24,000 nt of DNA from the NCBI GenBank assembly GCA_964404265.1, contig CAYOJG010000005.1, positions 33,668 to 57,667 on the forward strand, given 5' to 3'. Of this stretch, positions 8,514 through 17,634 are shown one piece after another; the stretch's first letter is position 1; each line of letters starts with the position of its first letter. This stretch comes from an uncultured Desulfurococcaceae archaeon. GTDB lineage: Archaea > Thermoproteota > Thermoprotei_A > Sulfolobales > NBVN01. Made by a program: the position numbers and the translations under genes. Under the pieces are notes generated by a model. It saw nothing but the letters and a program-made list of their open reading frames with translations, made no database searches and was not told the DNA's origin.

Positions 8514-9731
8514 CTAAGTACTACCTTCCCCTCCAGTCTTCGTGTAGTCCGTGAGCTTTCTGTACTTCCCGGCAACGATTGTTCTAGTTAGTGCTTCAGA
8601 GGTTTCGCGCTTAAGCTCCATCCTCATGAACTCCAGCGCCTCCCTAACGCTTCCGAACCTTACCGGAGCCGCTTGAAGGGCCCTCCTAACTGTCTCCCTG
8701 ATGTGCCAGTTCCCGACGCCTGCATAGTATGAGGGAAGAATCTCCCTAACTATGAGGGCTGAAGCCCTCCTTCTCCTCCTCCATAAAGCCTCAATAAGGG
8801 AGAATCTTGCCGCCTCGAAACCCCCGTCCGGCGTTAATGTCTTTCCGACACCCACATCCCTGTTATATATTATGACAGGCTCCCGCGCGGTCTTGGTGTA
8901 GGCTGTTAGGGGGAACCAGACCTCCAGCCATTCAGCGAAGTATCTTCCGGGATACAGAAGTATGAAGAACCTGTTGCTGAGGTACTCCCCCCTATACAGC
9001 TCGACAGTGTTGATCGAGGGGTAGGTCCACACATCCCTCAGCATGTGGTTTGACAGGACAGTGTCGGTCGCCGTTATTGCCCACCTAGTGGGGACAAGCT
9101 TCCTGGACCTCAACTCACCTAGGAGGCCCAAGCTTAAGGCACGTATAATGGTGTATATGTCGACACCGTCCCTGTAGAGCTCAAGTATCCCGATCTCTGC
9201 CTTAACATCGTCCCACACAAGGTTCTCCAACCTCCTCGGCAGGGAGGCGTTACCTTTAACAAGTATTCTCTCCGCCTCTGCCGACGGCCCTATGGGGTCG
9301 ATCCCTGCCCTGAAGGTGAGTCTGGGGTTAGGAGGTTTCTTAAGGAGGGACTCAGTATCTACAGGCCTTACGGAGACTGATGCGAGGCTTATCTCGGTCT
9401 CGTAAAGCTTCGTGAAGTCCCTCACATCAACCCTCACAATGGAAGCCACCTGGTAGGCCCTCCTCGAAATAATGTCGTTCAGTTCCAGCCTCCCCCACCA
9501 CTCAGGAGGGTTGTCATAGTCCTTCGCCTCCTCTCCCAGAACGCCTGGGGGGACGTGGTAGAGTACGGGGACCTTAGGATATCTTGACTCCCCTACAATC
9601 ACGCTGGGTGGTGTTGAGCCGTAGACTTCCTTACCAGTGATGAGGGAGGCGGCCTTATAGCTAGCTCTAAACCTCTCCATGAGGGGGCAGTATGGGAGGC
9701 CGCAAAGCCTCCTATATCCCTTACACCTCAC
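8514..9731 (-). CDS. Nre-family protein (archaeal putative DNA-repair protein, Nre_N/Nre_C type)
   Basis: 405 aa. It has an N-terminal Cys cluster (L)C-V-R-C-KGYRRLCGLPYCPL followed by VYGSTPPSVIVGESRYPKV. As I recall the family, this matches the Nre N-terminal signature. The true start is probably upstream of the GTG at 9731 (see findings). Confidence 0.6.
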   Translation of the reverse strand: MRCKGYRRLCGLPYCPLMERFRASYKAASLITGKEVYGSTPPSVIVGESRYPKVPVLYHVPPGVLGEEAKDYDNPPEWWGRLELNDIISRRAYQVASIVRVDVRDFTKLYETEISLASVSVRPVDTESLLKKPPNPRLTFRAGIDPIGPSAEAERILVKGNASLPRRLENLVWDDVKAEIGILELYRDGVDIYTIIRALSLGLLGELRSRKLVPTRWAITATDTVLSNHMLRDVWTYPSINTVELYRGEYLSNRFFILLYPGRYFAEWLEVWFPLTAYTKTAREPVIIYNRDVGVGKTLTPDGGFEAARFSLIEALWRRRRRASALIVREILPSYYAGVGNWHIRETVRRALQAAPVRFGSVREALEFMRMELKRETSEALTRTIVAGKYRKLTDYTKTGGEGST

Positions 9732-9917
9732 ACACAGCTCCGCACTTATCCTGATTCCTGCTCCCCTACAACATCAGTGGTAAGGGAGGAATTAATCGTT
9801 CCCAATAATATTAAAGCCCTTACAGCATCATGCATATAGGATGTGTGTTAGAGGGAACTTTAACGGTGTGAAAGAATATAAGGGTTTAGATAAGTCTAAA
9901 TATGATGGGGACCTGGC

Positions 9918-12032
9918 ATGAGTTCCGGATGCGATGTGACGGTGGCGCTCGCGGGCAACCCGAACGTGGGTAAGTCAACGCTATTCAACGTCCTCACAGG
10001 CGAGACGGCCCACGTGGGTAACTGGCCCGGCGTCACCGTCGAGCTTAAGGAAGGGGTTAGGGAGTATAGGGGAAGCAAGATATGTTTCATTGATCTACCA
10101 GGGACCTACGGAATATCTGCTACGAGCATGGAGGAAGTTATTGCCAGGGAGTTCATTATTTCTGGTCAGCCAGACATCGTGGCTGTGTTGGTTGACTCAA
10201 CCGCACCTGAGAGAACGATATACCTTGCAGTACAGATAATGGAGCTAGTTCCCAACGTCCTCATAGTGCTGACTAAGTATGATGAGGCCCATGCGAAAGG
10301 TGTGCATATACACGTGGATAAGCTTGAGGAATACCTAGGCGTCCCCGTGGTTCCTGTCTCTGCCATAACAGGTGAGGGTATCAGGGAGCTTCTGGATACG
10401 GTAGTTGATTTCGGGAAGAGGCTTAAGAGGACTGAGCCCCTCAGAATAGACTACGGAGGCCTCGAGTACTTCATCAGGGAGGCCCAGGCTGTTCTCGAAG
10501 GTAGTGAGGCATTGAAGGACTTCCCCAGCAGGTGGGCAGCGATAATGCTTCTGGAAGGTGACCCGCGCCTCGAAGAAATGCTTAGGGAGGCAGGAGAGAA
10601 AGAGGTTCTTCAGAAGATAGGTAGGTTGAGGGAGTCAGCTAGAAGAATTATTGGTAAGGATCTCACCGAGTACGTTATTAAGACAAGGTTCGACTTCGTT
10701 GACTCAATAATTAGGAAGGTTGTTGTGAGGAGCGAGATTAAGGCTGGCGGAGGTGCTGGAGACATTTTCCAGAGACCTGTCGTGGGTGCTTTAGCTAGCC
10801 TCGGACTGATATTCGCGGTTTTCCTCGCTGTATTCTCGATAAACACGGGCTTTCCCCTCAACATAATTATGGATTTCCTTGGGCGTCCAGACCTAGCTGA
10901 AGCTATAGAGGCATTCAGCATTAGCGGGCTTGTCGGGGACGGCTTCACAGCCTTAGCGAATGCTGCGGCATGGACCCTAGAGCCCTATGCTCCGGAGTGG
11001 TTTGTCTCGCTCTTAGCCGACGGAATAATCACGGGGATAGGCTCCGTTCTGTCGTTCTTCCCGCTCATACTAATGGTCTTCCTGTTCCTGGCGGCGCTGG
11101 AGGACAGTGGACTTGCCCCGAGGATGGCTGTAAGCTTCCACAACTTCTTCTCGAAGTTCGGGCTGTCAGGAAGGGCGATATATCCATTCGTTGTGAGCCT
11201 AGGGTGTAACGTCCCCGGAGTTATGGCGAGCAGGTCATCGCTGGATGATGAGGAAAGGGTTGAGTTAGTGCTTTCAGTGCCTTTCATCCCATGTCAGGCA
11301 AGGCTAGTGGTTGCTTTAGCGTTCGCGTTAGCGTTATTCACTTCCCCGATCCTCCAGGCAGGAACGATATTCCTCGTTTACCTCATAGGCATTCTTGTGG
11401 CTCTACTGACCTCTGTGGCTGTTAGGAGGCTCTACTTCAAAAAGAGTGAGCCGCCAGAGCTACTGATAGAGATCCCGCCGATACATAAGCCGAAGCTTAA
11501 GGTTGTGTGGTGGCTTACCTGGGACAACACAAAGCACTTCCTGAGGAAGGCCGGAGTGATCATATTCACGTTTAGCATTATTGTGTGGGCTCTCCTATAC
11601 CTGGGGCCTACGGGATACCTGCCGGAGCAGCATCCGGAGAACTTCTTCGAGTACTCCTACGCAGCAATAATAGGTAGGTGGATAGCGCCTATACTCGCTC
11701 CCTTCGGCCTTAACGAGGATCAGGGTTGGAGGATAGGGTTCTCACTTCTGAACGGGTTCGTGGCTAAGGAGGTGGTTCTCGATAGCCTAGCGGTTCTTTA
11801 CGGAGGGGACGTCGACCCTGTGGCAGCTATTCAGTACCTCGGCCTAACACCTGCTCAGGGCTTAGCCATCCTCGTGATAATCATGCTTTACCTGCCATGC
11901 ATAGCGACCCTTGCAGTGATGTATCAGGAGCTGAGAAAAGGGAAGCTGGTTCTCCTAGCCCTCCTATACATGCTTGGTGTCGCCTACCTGGTTTCCCTCA
12001 TAGTGTACGGGATCATGGTTCTGGTAACGTAA
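9918..12032 (+). CDS. feoB: Ferrous iron transporter FeoB
   Basis: 704 aa. The N-terminal G domain has G1 (GNPNVGKSTLFN) and G3 (DLPGTY). It is followed by a polytopic membrane domain of about 450 aa. Confidence 0.92.
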   Translation: MSSGCDVTVALAGNPNVGKSTLFNVLTGETAHVGNWPGVTVELKEGVREYRGSKICFIDLPGTYGISATSMEEVIAREFIISGQPDIVAVLVDSTAPERTIYLAVQIMELVPNVLIVLTKYDEAHAKGVHIHVDKLEEYLGVPVVPVSAITGEGIRELLDTVVDFGKRLKRTEPLRIDYGGLEYFIREAQAVLEGSEALKDFPSRWAAIMLLEGDPRLEEMLREAGEKEVLQKIGRLRESARRIIGKDLTEYVIKTRFDFVDSIIRKVVVRSEIKAGGGAGDIFQRPVVGALASLGLIFAVFLAVFSINTGFPLNIIMDFLGRPDLAEAIEAFSISGLVGDGFTALANAAAWTLEPYAPEWFVSLLADGIITGIGSVLSFFPLILMVFLFLAALEDSGLAPRMAVSFHNFFSKFGLSGRAIYPFVVSLGCNVPGVMASRSSLDDEERVELVLSVPFIPCQARLVVALAFALALFTSPILQAGTIFLVYLIGILVALLTSVAVRRLYFKKSEPPELLIEIPPIHKPKLKVVWWLTWDNTKHFLRKAGVIIFTFSIIVWALLYLGPTGYLPEQHPENFFEYSYAAIIGRWIAPILAPFGLNEDQGWRIGFSLLNGFVAKEVVLDSLAVLYGGDVDPVAAIQYLGLTPAQGLAILVIIMLYLPCIATLAVMYQELRKGKLVLLALLYMLGVAYLVSLIVYGIMVLVT

Positions 12033-12037
12033 CGGAA

Positions 12038-12047
12038 TTTTTTATTA
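12038..12047 (+). terminator. T-tract terminator candidate after feoB (also AT-rich promoter region for the next gene)
   Basis: ttttttatta begins 6 nt after the feoB TAA. Oligo-T tracts are the usual archaeal termination signal. A further AT box (cttaattaat) follows at 12053-12062. Confidence 0.4.
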
Positions 12048-12099
12048 GGCCCCTTAATTAATCTCCTTGACTAGGTGATGCGTATTTAGCCAGTACAGA

Positions 12100-13182
12100 G
12101 TGTCTAAGGAGGAGTTAAGGAGGCTGATAAGGGAGCTTAAGAAGTGGTCCGCACACGCCACAACGCTGCTGAGCCTGTACATACCTCCAGGCAGGCCTAT
12201 CTCCGACGTTGTTAATGTTCTTAGGCAGGAGCTATCAATAACTGAGAACATTAAGCTTAAGCAGACGAGGAATAGAGTTCAGGCAGCGTTAAGCGCAGCC
12301 ATAGACAGGCTTGTTAAGATACCTAAGGTGCCTCCCAACGGCCTCGTGCTGTTTTCCGGGGAGAATGACGAAACAGGGGAAATGCTTACAATAGTTTTCG
12401 AGCCTCCCGAACCCATCAACGTCTTCTTCTACAGGACGGACAAGTACTTCCACACAGAGTTCCTTGAGGAGATGGTTGCAGAGAACGATGTTTACGGACT
12501 CATAATTATTGAGAGGGATGAGGCAACAATAGGGCTTCTGAAGGGGAACACTATAAGGGTTCTTGACGAGATAGAGGGCTACATACCTGGAAAGCACAGT
12601 AGGGGAGGCTGGTCACAGCGAAGATACGACAGAATAATTGAGGAGTTAACGAAGGACTTCTTTAAGAGTGTCGGCGAGAAGGCGACGAACTACTTCCTTC
12701 CCCTATACGAGGACGGTAAGCTCAGGGGGATACTGATAGGTGGGCCCGGATATACGAAGAACGACTTCGCGTCAGGGGACTACCTGGACTACAGGTTAAG
12801 GAAAGTTACTCTAAGCAAGCTCGTTGATGTGAGCGCTCAGGGCGAGCCAGGGCTTAAGGAACTTGTTCTTAAGGCTGAGGACCTGATTAAGCAGCATATC
12901 TACATAAGGACTCAGAAGGCTCTTGAGGAGTTCAACCTCCACCTATCGAAGGACGACGGCCTAGCAACCTACGGGGAGAAGGAGGTTATGGACGCTCTAG
13001 AGCTTGGTGCGGTGAAGTACCTCATAATAACGGAGGATCATCCCAAGCTCGATGTCTTCCTCCATAAGGCAGAGAAGAAGGGTGCTGAAGTATTCGTTCT
13101 AGGTGAGGACGTCCCTGACTATATGTGGATAAAGAAAACTTTCGGCGGAGTAGTTGCTGTGCTTAGGTACCCGATCTACTGA
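12100..13182 (+). CDS. prf1: Peptide chain release factor aRF1 homologue with non-canonical signature motifs
   Basis: 360 aa, collinear with aRF1: LLSLYIPPGRPISDVVNVLRQE, SQRRYDRIIEE, ILIGGPGYTKNDF, FGGVVAVLRYPI. However, NIKS reads NIKL, YxCxxxF reads YRTDKYF, and GGQ reads GGW (TGG at 12610-12612). Confidence 0.8.
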   Translation: MSKEELRRLIRELKKWSAHATTLLSLYIPPGRPISDVVNVLRQELSITENIKLKQTRNRVQAALSAAIDRLVKIPKVPPNGLVLFSGENDETGEMLTIVFEPPEPINVFFYRTDKYFHTEFLEEMVAENDVYGLIIIERDEATIGLLKGNTIRVLDEIEGYIPGKHSRGGWSQRRYDRIIEELTKDFFKSVGEKATNYFLPLYEDGKLRGILIGGPGYTKNDFASGDYLDYRLRKVTLSKLVDVSAQGEPGLKELVLKAEDLIKQHIYIRTQKALEEFNLHLSKDDGLATYGEKEVMDALELGAVKYLIITEDHPKLDVFLHKAEKKGAEVFVLGEDVPDYMWIKKTFGGVVAVLRYPIY

Positions 13183-13237
13183 GCCTTCCTCAAACCTTTA
13201 TTTTATGTGTGAAACAACACCAATCAGGTAGGTTAGG

Positions 13238-16168
13238 ATGAGTCAGGAAAGGGTTAGGTCACCCATAGTAGTTGTTTTGGGGCATGTAGACCACGGGAAG
13301 TGTCTACACCCGGACGAGAGGGTTGTTTTAGGTAATGGAGCAGCTGTCAGGATAGGCTCCCTTTTCAAGGAGTTCGGTGATGTGCGGAGCGATGAAGACG
13401 GCTATGAATGGATAGATGAGGAGATCCCTGTACTAACGATCGATGGGGAAGGCCGTATAGTTAAGGGTAAGGCGACGAAGGTTTGGAGGGTTAGGCATAG
13501 AGGCCCCCTATACACTGTTAGGCTTAAGGACGGCGGGGTTGTTAGGGTAACGCCTGAACACCCTTTCCTAACGATTGATGGGTGGGTTAAGGCAGAGGAT
13601 CTTACTCCGGGAAGCTTAGTTGCTGTCCCCTCAACACTACCTATAGGTGTTAAGTTCAGCGAGTTCCTCCACATCCTTGACAGGAACTACCTGATCCTTA
13701 GGGTGGGTGAGGCAACTTCCTTAAGGGACAGGAGGTTCTGGAGAGCCTTCTTCTACATGCTTGGTAGGGCTGTGGCCTTCAAGGGCTTAGGGATGAAGCC
13801 GCCTGCGACAGGTGTTGACGCCCTAGACCTGAATGCTGAGGAGTCCTCGATACTTCTGAAGGTGGGGGCTGAAAGGCTTTCAAGGCTCTATAAAGACTTC
13901 ATGATAAGCGGTATTGAGGGGGCCATACCCGGAAGGAGGAAGCAGGACTCCCTAGTTCCTGAGGCTGTCATGGTAGCCCCGCAGGATCTAATAAAGCACT
14001 TCCTGGAAGGCTACTCTGTTGAGGCCGCCGTCGAGAATTCCTCGATCCCGGAAATAACTCTACTGAGCAACAGCAGGGAAGGGGCGGAGGAGCTTAGAAC
14101 GCTTCTCAGAAGGCTCGGCATTGTTTCCGTGGTGGAGAAGGTTCCTCTAGGCTGGGGCGCGACAGTTAAGGGAGTTAAGGAGGTTAGGAAGCTGAGCAGA
14201 CGCCTCGGAAGGGAGTACCTCCTATCGAAGGATGTTGATCTGTCGGAGGACCCGGAGCAGATTTACCACATGAAGATAGGGAACCTCCTCTTCACCGAGG
14301 TTGAGGAAGTTTCCAAGACGCAGTACAGGGGCTACCTCTACGACCTGTCAGTGCCTCCAACCCATGCCTTCATAGCTAACGGGATAGTGGTGCATAACAC
14401 AACACTCCTCGACAAGATCAGGGGGACCGCTGTGGTTAGGAAGGAGCCCGGTGAGATGACTCAGCATGTGGGGGCTTCAATGATCCCTGCCTCAGTGATT
14501 GAGAAAATTATTCAGCCCCTCAAGCAACTATTCCCAATAAAGCTCACGATACCCGGACTCCTCTTCATAGACACGCCGGGGCATGAAGCGTTCTCCAACC
14601 TGAGGAGGAGGGGCGGAAGCATAGCCGACTTCGCGATCCTCGTCATCGACGTTATGGAGGGGATAGAGAAGCAGACGATTGAATCAATAAACATACTTCT
14701 CTCCAGGAAGGTCCCCTTCGTAATAGCAGCGAACAAGATAGACCGGATATATGGGTGGAAGCCGCAGCCCGACACCCCATTCCTGGAATCCATTAAGAGG
14801 CAGGAGCCCAGGGTTGTTGAGGAGCTTGAGAGAAGGGTCTACACCATAGCAGGCCAGCTGGCCGGACTAAACATACCTGCGGAAAGGTTCGACAGGATAA
14901 GGGACTTCAGGAAAGCAATAGCTATAGTGCCCGTCTCCGCCAAGACAGGTGAGGGGATCGCTGAGCTCCTCGCGGTACTCGCAGGCCTAACCCAGAAGTA
15001 CCTCACTAAAAGAATACTTTTCACTGCAGGGCCGGCTAAGGGCGTCGTGCTGGAGGTTAAGGAAATCACAGGCCTAGGCACATGCATAGATACGGTGATC
15101 TATGACGGCATCCTGAGGAAAGGGGACACGATAGTTGTTGGAGGGGTGAAGGAACCGATAGTGACTAAGGTTAGGGCCCTACTCATGCCTAAGCCGCTGG
15201 AGGAGATGAGGGTTGTAGGCGAGTCGGCATTCAAGAACGTTGACGAGGTAGTTGCCGCCGCCGGCGTTAGGATAAGTGCCCCCGGCCTCGACGACGCTCT
15301 TGCGGGAGCTCCCCTATACGCAGTGGAGGATAAGGCATCGGTTGATGAGGTCGTTAAGAAGGTTTCTGAGGAGGTTACGCAGGTAAGGTTCTCTAAGGAC
15401 ATTACGGGCGTTGTGGTTAAGGCAGACACGCTCGGCACTTTAGAGGCACTCGTCTCAATGCTTGAGTCTCGGGGTGTGCCTGTCAGGCTTGCTGATGTGG
15501 GGCCTCTGACGAAGAGGGAGGTTCTGGAAGCCTCCATAGTGGCGAAGCAGAACAGATATTTCGGGGTGATACTCCTCTTCAACGTGAAGCCCCTCCCGGA
15601 CGCTGAGGAGCTTGCGAGGAAGGAGAACGTTAAGGTGTTCAGCGACTCAATAATTTACAGGCTGATAGAGTCCTATGAGAAGTGGGTTAAGGAGGAGAAG
15701 TCTAAGGAGCTGTACTACGAGCTTCAGGCAACAGTGTTCCCAGCGAAGATCCATGTGCTTCCAGGCTATGTGTTCAGGAGGAAGGACCCTGCAGTCGTCG
15801 GTGTAAGGGTTCTTTCAGGAGTTATCAGGCCTGGTTACCCGTTGATGAGGGATGACGGGAGGCCTCTCGGGAAGATATACCAGATTCAGCATAAGGGGAA
15901 GAGCGTTTCTGAGGCTAAGGCCGGGGCCGAGGTAGCTATATCGATAGTTGGGAACGTGCTTGTTGGGAGGCACTTCGATGAGGGAGACATTCTCTACACA
16001 GACCCTACTGAGGCCGACCTGGAGAAGGTTCTGACGAAGTTCAGGGACATGGTTGATGAGGAAATGATTGAGCTGATCAGGGAGCTGATTAAGGTTAAGC
16101 AGAAGAGGGAGAAGAGGTTCGGCCTACCCGTAATAATGCTTCTGAAGAAGATGGGTAAGCGTAAGTAG
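13238..16168 (+). CDS. infB: Translation initiation factor aIF5B (IF2-type GTPase), intein-containing precursor
   Basis: 976 aa. The G1 motif GHVDHGK / TTLLDKIRG is interrupted by an intein. DTPGHEAF (G3) and ANKID (G4) follow. The extein sum is 610 aa, a typical aIF5B size. Confidence 0.93.
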   Translation: MSQERVRSPIVVVLGHVDHGKCLHPDERVVLGNGAAVRIGSLFKEFGDVRSDEDGYEWIDEEIPVLTIDGEGRIVKGKATKVWRVRHRGPLYTVRLKDGGVVRVTPEHPFLTIDGWVKAEDLTPGSLVAVPSTLPIGVKFSEFLHILDRNYLILRVGEATSLRDRRFWRAFFYMLGRAVAFKGLGMKPPATGVDALDLNAEESSILLKVGAERLSRLYKDFMISGIEGAIPGRRKQDSLVPEAVMVAPQDLIKHFLEGYSVEAAVENSSIPEITLLSNSREGAEELRTLLRRLGIVSVVEKVPLGWGATVKGVKEVRKLSRRLGREYLLSKDVDLSEDPEQIYHMKIGNLLFTEVEEVSKTQYRGYLYDLSVPPTHAFIANGIVVHNTTLLDKIRGTAVVRKEPGEMTQHVGASMIPASVIEKIIQPLKQLFPIKLTIPGLLFIDTPGHEAFSNLRRRGGSIADFAILVIDVMEGIEKQTIESINILLSRKVPFVIAANKIDRIYGWKPQPDTPFLESIKRQEPRVVEELERRVYTIAGQLAGLNIPAERFDRIRDFRKAIAIVPVSAKTGEGIAELLAVLAGLTQKYLTKRILFTAGPAKGVVLEVKEITGLGTCIDTVIYDGILRKGDTIVVGGVKEPIVTKVRALLMPKPLEEMRVVGESAFKNVDEVVAAAGVRISAPGLDDALAGAPLYAVEDKASVDEVVKKVSEEVTQVRFSKDITGVVVKADTLGTLEALVSMLESRGVPVRLADVGPLTKREVLEASIVAKQNRYFGVILLFNVKPLPDAEELARKENVKVFSDSIIYRLIESYEKWVKEEKSKELYYELQATVFPAKIHVLPGYVFRRKDPAVVGVRVLSGVIRPGYPLMRDDGRPLGKIYQIQHKGKSVSEAKAGAEVAISIVGNVLVGRHFDEGDILYTDPTEADLEKVLTKFRDMVDEEMIELIRELIKVKQKREKRFGLPVIMLLKKMGKRK
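13301..14398 (+). mobile_element. Intein (366 aa) inserted in the P-loop of aIF5B, with a LAGLIDADG-type endonuclease-like middle domain
   Basis: It starts with Cys (CLHPDERVVL, TGT 13301), has block B (VRVTPEHPF), and ends IVVHN followed by Thr (+1) at 14399. Removing it restores GHVDHGKTTLLD. The middle region contains FFYMLGRAVAFKG and FLEGYSVEAAVE (degenerate LAGLIDADG-like blocks) and LLRRLGIVS. Confidence 0.9.
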
Positions 16169-16180
16169 TTTTTATTTGTT

Positions 16181-16600
16181 TTAGAAGTCTCCGCAGTCCT
16201 CCCCGAAAATTACGCTGGACTCATACTCGAACCTTTCAGGGCTGTCGGCAGCATGCACCACGTTCTCCTGAATCGATAAGGCGTAGTCACCCCTAATGGT
16301 TCCGGGGGCCGCCTCCCTTCCGTCAGTCTGCCCTATAAGCTTCCTCACAACACTGATTGCCTTATCGCCCTCAATAATCATAGCGACGACAGGCCCTGAA
16401 GACATGAAGGAAACCAGGTCGTTGAAGAAGTGCTTACCTCTATGGATGTCGTAGAGCCTCTCAATACATTCCTTCCTCGGGTAAATCATCCTCAGCTTAA
16501 CTATCTTCAGGCCCTTCCTCTCAACCCTCCTAATCACTTCACCGATAAGTCCTCTCCTAACGCCGTCGGGCTTAACTATTAGGAGGGTTCTCTCACTCAT
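16181..16600 (-). CDS. ndk: Nucleoside diphosphate kinase
   Basis: 139 aa with [18 protein letters not shown] and the active-site region NVVHAADS. Its ATG overlaps the L24e stop (ATGA at 16597-16600). Confidence 0.92.
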   Translation of the reverse strand: MSERTLLIVKPDGVRRGLIGEVIRRVERKGLKIVKLRMIYPRKECIERLYDIHRGKHFFNDLVSFMSSGPVVAMIIEGDKAISVVRKLIGQTDGREAAPGTIRGDYALSIQENVVHAADSPERFEYESSVIFGEDCGDF

Positions 16601-16791
16601 GCCCTGCTCGACCTCTTACCGAGGTAGTACTTGCTCCACGGAACCCTCTTCGGGTCCCTGCCGAGCTTGTAGTTCTTGAAGCACTTGCTTGAGCAGAACC
16701 AGAGTATGGTGCCGTCATTCTTCACATACATCAGGCCGGTCCCTGGAGGGATCGGCTTACCGCAGAAGGAGCATTTCCTTATTCTCGGCAT
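16597..16791 (-). CDS. rpl24e: Ribosomal protein L24e
   Basis: 64 aa with a zinc-ribbon pattern [31 protein letters not shown]. Confidence 0.92.
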   Translation of the reverse strand: MPRIRKCSFCGKPIPPGTGLMYVKNDGTILWFCSSKCFKNYKLGRDPKRVPWSKYYLGKRSSRA

Positions 16792-16838
16792 TACTTATCC
16801 CCCACTCACTTAATGGTTCCGAATAAAAGCTTTGGTTA

Positions 16839-17117
16839 CTACCTCCTCGTGGAGAGCTTCCTTGCCTCCCTCTCAGTCTCCCTGAGAATCACTATGTCGC
16901 CGACCCTTACAGGGCCCTTAATGTTCCTGGCGATGATCCTTCCCTTATCCCTTCCTTCAAGAACCCTTACCCTGACCTGGGTTATCTCCCCAGTGACCCC
17001 GGTTCTTCCAACAACCTGAATAACCTCTGCCGGGAAACCGAACTCCTCAATAATGTTCACGTCCGGCTGACTCACATCCACCTTCTTACCGCTTTCCTCA
17101 CTCACTACCGACACCAC
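16839..17117 (-). CDS. rps28e: Ribosomal protein S28e
   Basis: The C-terminal 70 aa ([60 protein letters not shown]) are canonical S28e. The N-terminus is uncertain: there is no ATG, only several in-frame GTGs. Confidence 0.88.
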   Translation of the reverse strand: MVSVVSEESGKKVDVSQPDVNIIEEFGFPAEVIQVVGRTGVTGEITQVRVRVLEGRDKGRIIARNIKGPVRVGDIVILRETEREARKLSTRR

Positions 17118-17175
17118 TCAACTAAGGGTTAACTACTTAAAAGGATTATTATAGATATCTAGAAAAGATATGTAT

Positions 17176-17197
17176 TAAAAACGGGTTTTTCTCCCGT
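17176..17197 (-). terminator. Hairpin plus T-tract terminator candidate downstream of rpl7ae
   Basis: The minus strand reads ACGGG-AGAAAAA-CCCGT followed by TTTT, about 20 nt after the L7Ae TAA (17218-17220). Confidence 0.45.
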
Positions 17198-17217
17198 GTT
17201 ATTGTTTTGAGTCTCCC

Positions 17218-17625
17218 TTAACCCTGAGTCTTCAGGTCCTGGTAGGCCTTATTCAGCTCCTCGAGGAGCTCTCTGGCCTCGCCTTCCTCAACGATCGCTA
17301 CCGCCGCAGCAGCTACCTCAATACCGGCTGCCTCGCCAAGCCTCTTCTTGCTGGGGACGTACAGGTAAGGCACCTTCTTCTCCTCGCAGAGGAGAGGCAG
17401 ATGCATCACGACCTCAGGCGGGTCAACGTCCTCAGCGATCAGCACCAGCTTAGCGATGCCTCTCTCAACAGCCTTAGTTGTTTCATTGGTTCCTTTCCTA
17501 ACCTTGCCTCCAGTCTCTCTAGCCTTCTTAACGGCTTCATAAGCCTTCTCAGCTATTTCGGGAGGTACTTCAAACCTTACATATGGGGGTTTGCTCATTC
17601 TCATCCACCTCGTCGTCGCAATCAA
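17218..17625 (-). CDS. rpl7ae: Ribosomal protein L7Ae (K-turn binding protein)
   Basis: [60 protein letters not shown] is canonical L7Ae. The track start (TTG 17625) is probably too far upstream. ATG 17604 or ATG 17598 (MSKPPYVRF) fits the family N-terminus better. Confidence 0.93.
   Translation of the reverse strand: MIATTRWMRMSKPPYVRFEVPPEIAEKAYEAVKKARETGGKVRKGTNETTKAVERGIAKLVLIAEDVDPPEVVMHLPLLCEEKKVPYLYVPSKKRLGEAAGIEVAAAAVAIVEEGEARELLEELNKAYQDLKTQG
17591..17621 (-). promoter_or_regulatory. Candidate K-turn/K-loop hairpin in the rpl7ae leader, covering its start codons
   Basis: The minus-strand RNA is UUGC-GAC-GA-(16 nt)-GA-GCAA. It has a 4-bp Watson-Crick C-stem (UUGC/GCAA), a 3-nt bulge, and GA/GA positioned for tandem sheared pairs. 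Both AUGs (17604-17602 and 17598-17596) lie inside. The non-canonical stem is not supported by pairing. Confidence 0.3.
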
Positions 17626-17634
17626 TACTTAACC

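Noticed and set aside
8514-8580. Possible PCNA-interacting (PIP) box at the Nre C-terminus (YRKLTDYTK).
   Set aside because: It lacks the leading Gln and the paired aromatic residues of the canonical QxxLxxFF/WF motif. The resemblance is too weak to call.
9732-9917. Missing feoA or a small regulator upstream of feoB.
   Set aside because: The 186-nt divergent intergenic region contains only AT-rich promoter-like boxes and no ORF longer than about 13 codons. feoB without an adjacent feoA is not unusual enough to report.
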